Source: Thermoplasmatota archaeon
Lineage (GTDB): Archaea > Thermoplasmatota > Thermoplasmata > UBA10834
Direction of reading: 5' to 3'
Assembly (NCBI GenBank): GCA_040751795.1
Contig: JBFMHR010000002.1
Coordinates: 256,001 to 320,000 of the forward strand
Length of the DNA: 64,000 nucleotides
In this document: positions 61,246 through 64,000 of the stretch, one piece after another
Layout of the letters: each line of letters begins with the position of its first letter
Position numbering within the stretch: the stretch's first letter is position 1
Program-made: the position numbers and the translations under genes
Notes under the pieces: model-generated
The model's database searches: none
Told to the model about the DNA's origin: nothing
The model's input: only the letters and a program-made list of their open reading frames with translations

Positions 61246-63402
61246 TTGACCAGGCCCGCCCATCGACGGGCGATGCGTGTCCTGGGCCGCGCGGCGGTGT
61301 CATCGGCTTTGCTCTTCGTCCTCGCGGCATGGGGCCTGCATCCGGCCTCGGGCTCGGCGGACGCCCAGGCGCCCCCCTTGGCGGTCGCGGAGTTCTACCC
61401 ATGCGCGGTCGGCGGGGACGAGTACCTGGTGCTGTCCAGCCGCGGCGCCGAGGCCGTCAACCTCATGGGCTGGACGGTGTCCGACGGCGAGGGCTCCATC
61501 GCCCTCCTCGGCGGGCTCCTCCGGCCGGGCGAGGCGCTGTCGATCTCTGAGAACGCGTCGTCCTTCGAGCGCGCCTACGGGACGGCGCCGGACCTCCACC
61601 TCCCGTCCTGGACGTCGGGCGACGGGGCGGACGTGACGGGCACGTTCAGGCTCGCCGACTCGGGCGACGCGCTCGAGCTGAGGTCTCCCGACGGGTCGAT
61701 GGCCGACGCGGTGGCGTACGGCGAGTGCCCTGTCCCGTCCTCGGGATGGGTCGGGGACCCGATCCCTGCGCTCAGGCAGGGGGAGGTCGCCCGCCGCATC
61801 CATGTGCCGGTCCTCCAGGACACCGACACCTCTGCCGACTGGACCCCTTTCAGGGAGCACAGGTACGGCTACTCCTCGCACCCCGTCGTCTCATCCGCGG
61901 TTCCGGCGGGATGTGTGAGGTGCTTCACGAGCCCGGACTGCTCCCTCGACGTGGTCCTGGAGGCGATATCGGGCGCGTCCTCCCAGCTCAGGGTGTGCTC
62001 GTACGAGCTGTCCTCCTCGCCCGTGTGCGTCGCCCTCCTCGCCGCCGCGTCGCGGGGCGTGGACGTGAGGGTCCTGGTCGACTCGCAGCCCGTGGGAGGA
62101 ATGTCCCAGGCGCAGGTCGCGTGCCTCTCGTCCCTCGCCCGTGGCGGGGCGGAGGTGAGGGTCCTGGGCGGCGACATGGCCGACGGCGAGGTGAGGCACG
62201 TGGGCGCCCTGCACGCGAAGTACATCGTCGTCGACGGGGACACGCTCGTGGCCCTCTCCGAGAACCTCGTGGAGGACGGCGTCCCGACGGACAGGCTCTT
62301 CGGCAACAGGGGATGGGGCGTGGCCGTGGAGGACGCGTCCATCGCCTCGCACATGTCTGCCGTCTTCGACGACGACTCCCGGACCGAGAGGACGGACGTG
62401 TGGCTGTGGACCGAGGACCCGAGGTGCGACCCGCATGCGGGGCTCCCGGAAGCTCCCAGGTGCGAGCATCCCGAGGGGATGATGGGCCCTGGGGTCAGCT
62501 CGGGGGACGCGGTCGTCTCGCTGTTCCTTTCCCCGGACGCGTCCATGGCCTCGCCGTTCCTCGCGGAGGTCCTCTCAGACGCGGACGACGTCTCGTTCGA
62601 GCAGTTCCAGGCGGAGCTGGAGTGGGACACGCGGTGGTCCGGCGAGCCATTGATGAACCCCGTCGTGGAGGCGGTGGCCGACGTGATGCGCGGGGGAGGG
62701 TCCGCCCGCGGCCTCATGGACGGCCTCTGGTACAACGCCGAGGGGAACGGGGCGGTCGCCGACTATCTCTCCTCCGTCGCGCTCTCGTGCGGGCTGCCGC
62801 CGTCGTTCGGGCTGCTGGCGGAGGAGAGCCCCGTGACGGTGCTTCACAACAAGGGCCTGGTGTCCGGCGACAGGGCCGTCGTTTCGAGCAACAACTGGGT
62901 GTACGCCTCCTTCGCGAGGAACAGGGAGCTCGCCCTCGTCGTCGACGGGGGCGGCGTTTCGGAGTACTTCTCCGCGGCGTTCGAGCTGGACCGGGTGCCG
63001 GACACGTCCGCGCCCTTGGCCGACGCCGGCCCCGACATGGTGCTGGAGGCGCCGGGCGCCGTGGTCCTGGACGCATCCGCGTCCTCGGACGACCGCGCGC
63101 TGGCCAACTTCTCGTGGGACCTCGACGGGGACGGCCGGGCGGACGCGTGGGGGGAGAGCGTGTCGGCCCAGATCGCCTATGCCACGGAGGCGGCATTGAC
63201 GGTCAGGGACGCGTGGGGCAACACCGCCTCGGACACGGTGGCGGTCGCCATGGACGCGCCGGGCCAGCCGCCCCATGACCCCCCGGTGACGCCCGCGGCC
63301 GTGCCCTGGCCCCTCCCCGCCGTGGTCTCGTTGGCCATAGTCGCCCTCGCGGCGGCGCGCAAGCTTAATCTGTCACGTCAATCTACTCGTCCGAAGGGTT
63401 AG
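61246..63402 (+). CDS. Secreted phospholipase D-family protein (lamin-tail, 2x PLD, PKD domains, C-terminal TM anchor)
   Basis: Signal peptide, LTD (EFYP..DEY..NLMGWTVSDG), HAKYIVVD and HNKGLVSGD, PKD (ADAGPD..LDASASSD..FSWD), C-terminal TM. Start may be the ATG at 61273. Confidence 0.85.
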   Translation: MTRPAHRRAMRVLGRAAVSSALLFVLAAWGLHPASGSADAQAPPLAVAEFYPCAVGGDEYLVLSSRGAEAVNLMGWTVSDGEGSIALLGGLLRPGEALSISENASSFERAYGTAPDLHLPSWTSGDGADVTGTFRLADSGDALELRSPDGSMADAVAYGECPVPSSGWVGDPIPALRQGEVARRIHVPVLQDTDTSADWTPFREHRYGYSSHPVVSSAVPAGCVRCFTSPDCSLDVVLEAISGASSQLRVCSYELSSSPVCVALLAAASRGVDVRVLVDSQPVGGMSQAQVACLSSLARGGAEVRVLGGDMADGEVRHVGALHAKYIVVDGDTLVALSENLVEDGVPTDRLFGNRGWGVAVEDASIASHMSAVFDDDSRTERTDVWLWTEDPRCDPHAGLPEAPRCEHPEGMMGPGVSSGDAVVSLFLSPDASMASPFLAEVLSDADDVSFEQFQAELEWDTRWSGEPLMNPVVEAVADVMRGGGSARGLMDGLWYNAEGNGAVADYLSSVALSCGLPPSFGLLAEESPVTVLHNKGLVSGDRAVVSSNNWVYASFARNRELALVVDGGGVSEYFSAAFELDRVPDTSAPLADAGPDMVLEAPGAVVLDASASSDDRALANFSWDLDGDGRADAWGESVSAQIAYATEAALTVRDAWGNTASDTVAVAMDAPGQPPHDPPVTPAAVPWPLPAVVSLAIVALAAARKLNLSRQSTRPKG

Positions 63403-63408
63403 GCGCGA

Positions 63409-63849
63409 ATGCTCGTACGAAAGTTCGTCCCCGGCGACGTCCAGGCGGTATCGAGGGTGGTGCAGAGGTCCCTCGGGGAGAACTACGCCCCCTCCCTCTA
63501 CATGACCGTCCACAACCTCTGGCCCGAGGGCTTCCTGGTGCTCGAGGGCGAGGCCGGGGTGATAGGCTTCGTCGCGTCGGTCGTGGCCGGCCCTGGCACG
63601 GCCAGGGTGCTGATGCTCGCGGTCGAGCCCGAGCACAGGGACCTGTCGGGCGGGTCGAAGCTGATGGACGCGCTCTACTCGAGCTGCATCGCCAGGGGGC
63701 TCGACACCATAGTGCTCGAGGTCAGGAAGAGCAACCCCCGTGCGAGGGCGTTCTACGAGCGCCACGGCTTCAAGGTCACGGGCGAAATAAAGCGCTTCTA
63801 CACCAACGGCGAGGACGCGGACACGATGTCCAGGCAGCTGCTGAGCTGA
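63409..63849 (+). CDS. RimI/Ard1-like N-terminal acetyltransferase
   Basis: LMLAVEPEHR, LEVRKSN, FYERHGF, FYTNGEDA. Confidence 0.9.
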   Translation: MLVRKFVPGDVQAVSRVVQRSLGENYAPSLYMTVHNLWPEGFLVLEGEAGVIGFVASVVAGPGTARVLMLAVEPEHRDLSGGSKLMDALYSSCIARGLDTIVLEVRKSNPRARAFYERHGFKVTGEIKRFYTNGEDADTMSRQLLS

Positions 63850-63855
63850 GGCGGC

Positions 63856-64000
63856 TCATCCGTAGCCGCGCTTGTCGTCGTGCTGGTGGTAGTTCCAGTA
63901 GTGGTAGGGGGAGGACTCCTTCTCGGAGGTGCTGATGTCCTTGGAGACTCCGCCCATGTAGCTCCCGTAGCGCTCCTTGATCTGCTCCTCCACGGGGCGG
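63856..64000 (-). CDS. C-terminal fragment of an unidentified gene entering from the right edge
   Basis: Open frame with host-like codons: ...RPVEEQIKERYGSYMGGVSKDISTSEKESSPYHYWNYHQHDDKRGYG*. Confidence 0.65.
   Translation of the reverse strand, partial: RPVEEQIKERYGSYMGGVSKDISTSEKESSPYHYWNYHQHDDKRGYG

Overview
A gene-dense, GC-rich archaeal core-genome segment, most likely from the Thermoplasmata (inferred from archaeal-type aroA'/aroB'/aroK, ribB/ribL/ribC, Trm1, RFC small subunit, L40e, Hjc, FBP aldolase/phosphatase and GGAGGTGA-type RBSs). About 63 CDSs are supported. They include a 9-gene minus-strand operon: the archaeal DKFP/aspartate-semialdehyde shikimate pathway, then chorismate mutase-prephenate dehydrogenase, asd and a DUF39 homocysteine-forming sulfurtransferase. 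A TrpY-family regulator is transcribed divergently from it. Also present are a CopR-like TRASH regulator with a YHS peptide, thi4, carAB, a riboflavin/FAD operon, an ABC exporter, glyA, ncsA, rfcS, topA, purA, trm1, psd-pssA-mptD, a 4-subunit 2-oxoacid:ferredoxin oxidoreductase with acdB, nadA, rubrerythrin, hjc, aspS, acdA, an orphan histidine kinase, fbp-tpiA and a secreted PLD-family protein. No rRNA, tRNA, CRISPR array or mobile element was seen. The best non-coding signals are a canonical box C/D sRNA whose D guide is predicted to target C34 of an intron-containing pre-tRNA-Met, TRP-box-like repeats between the aro operon and trpY, a perfect palindromic operator before a tandem-RHH regulator, and two candidate structured small RNAs. 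All calls come from reading motifs by eye; no database searches were run.
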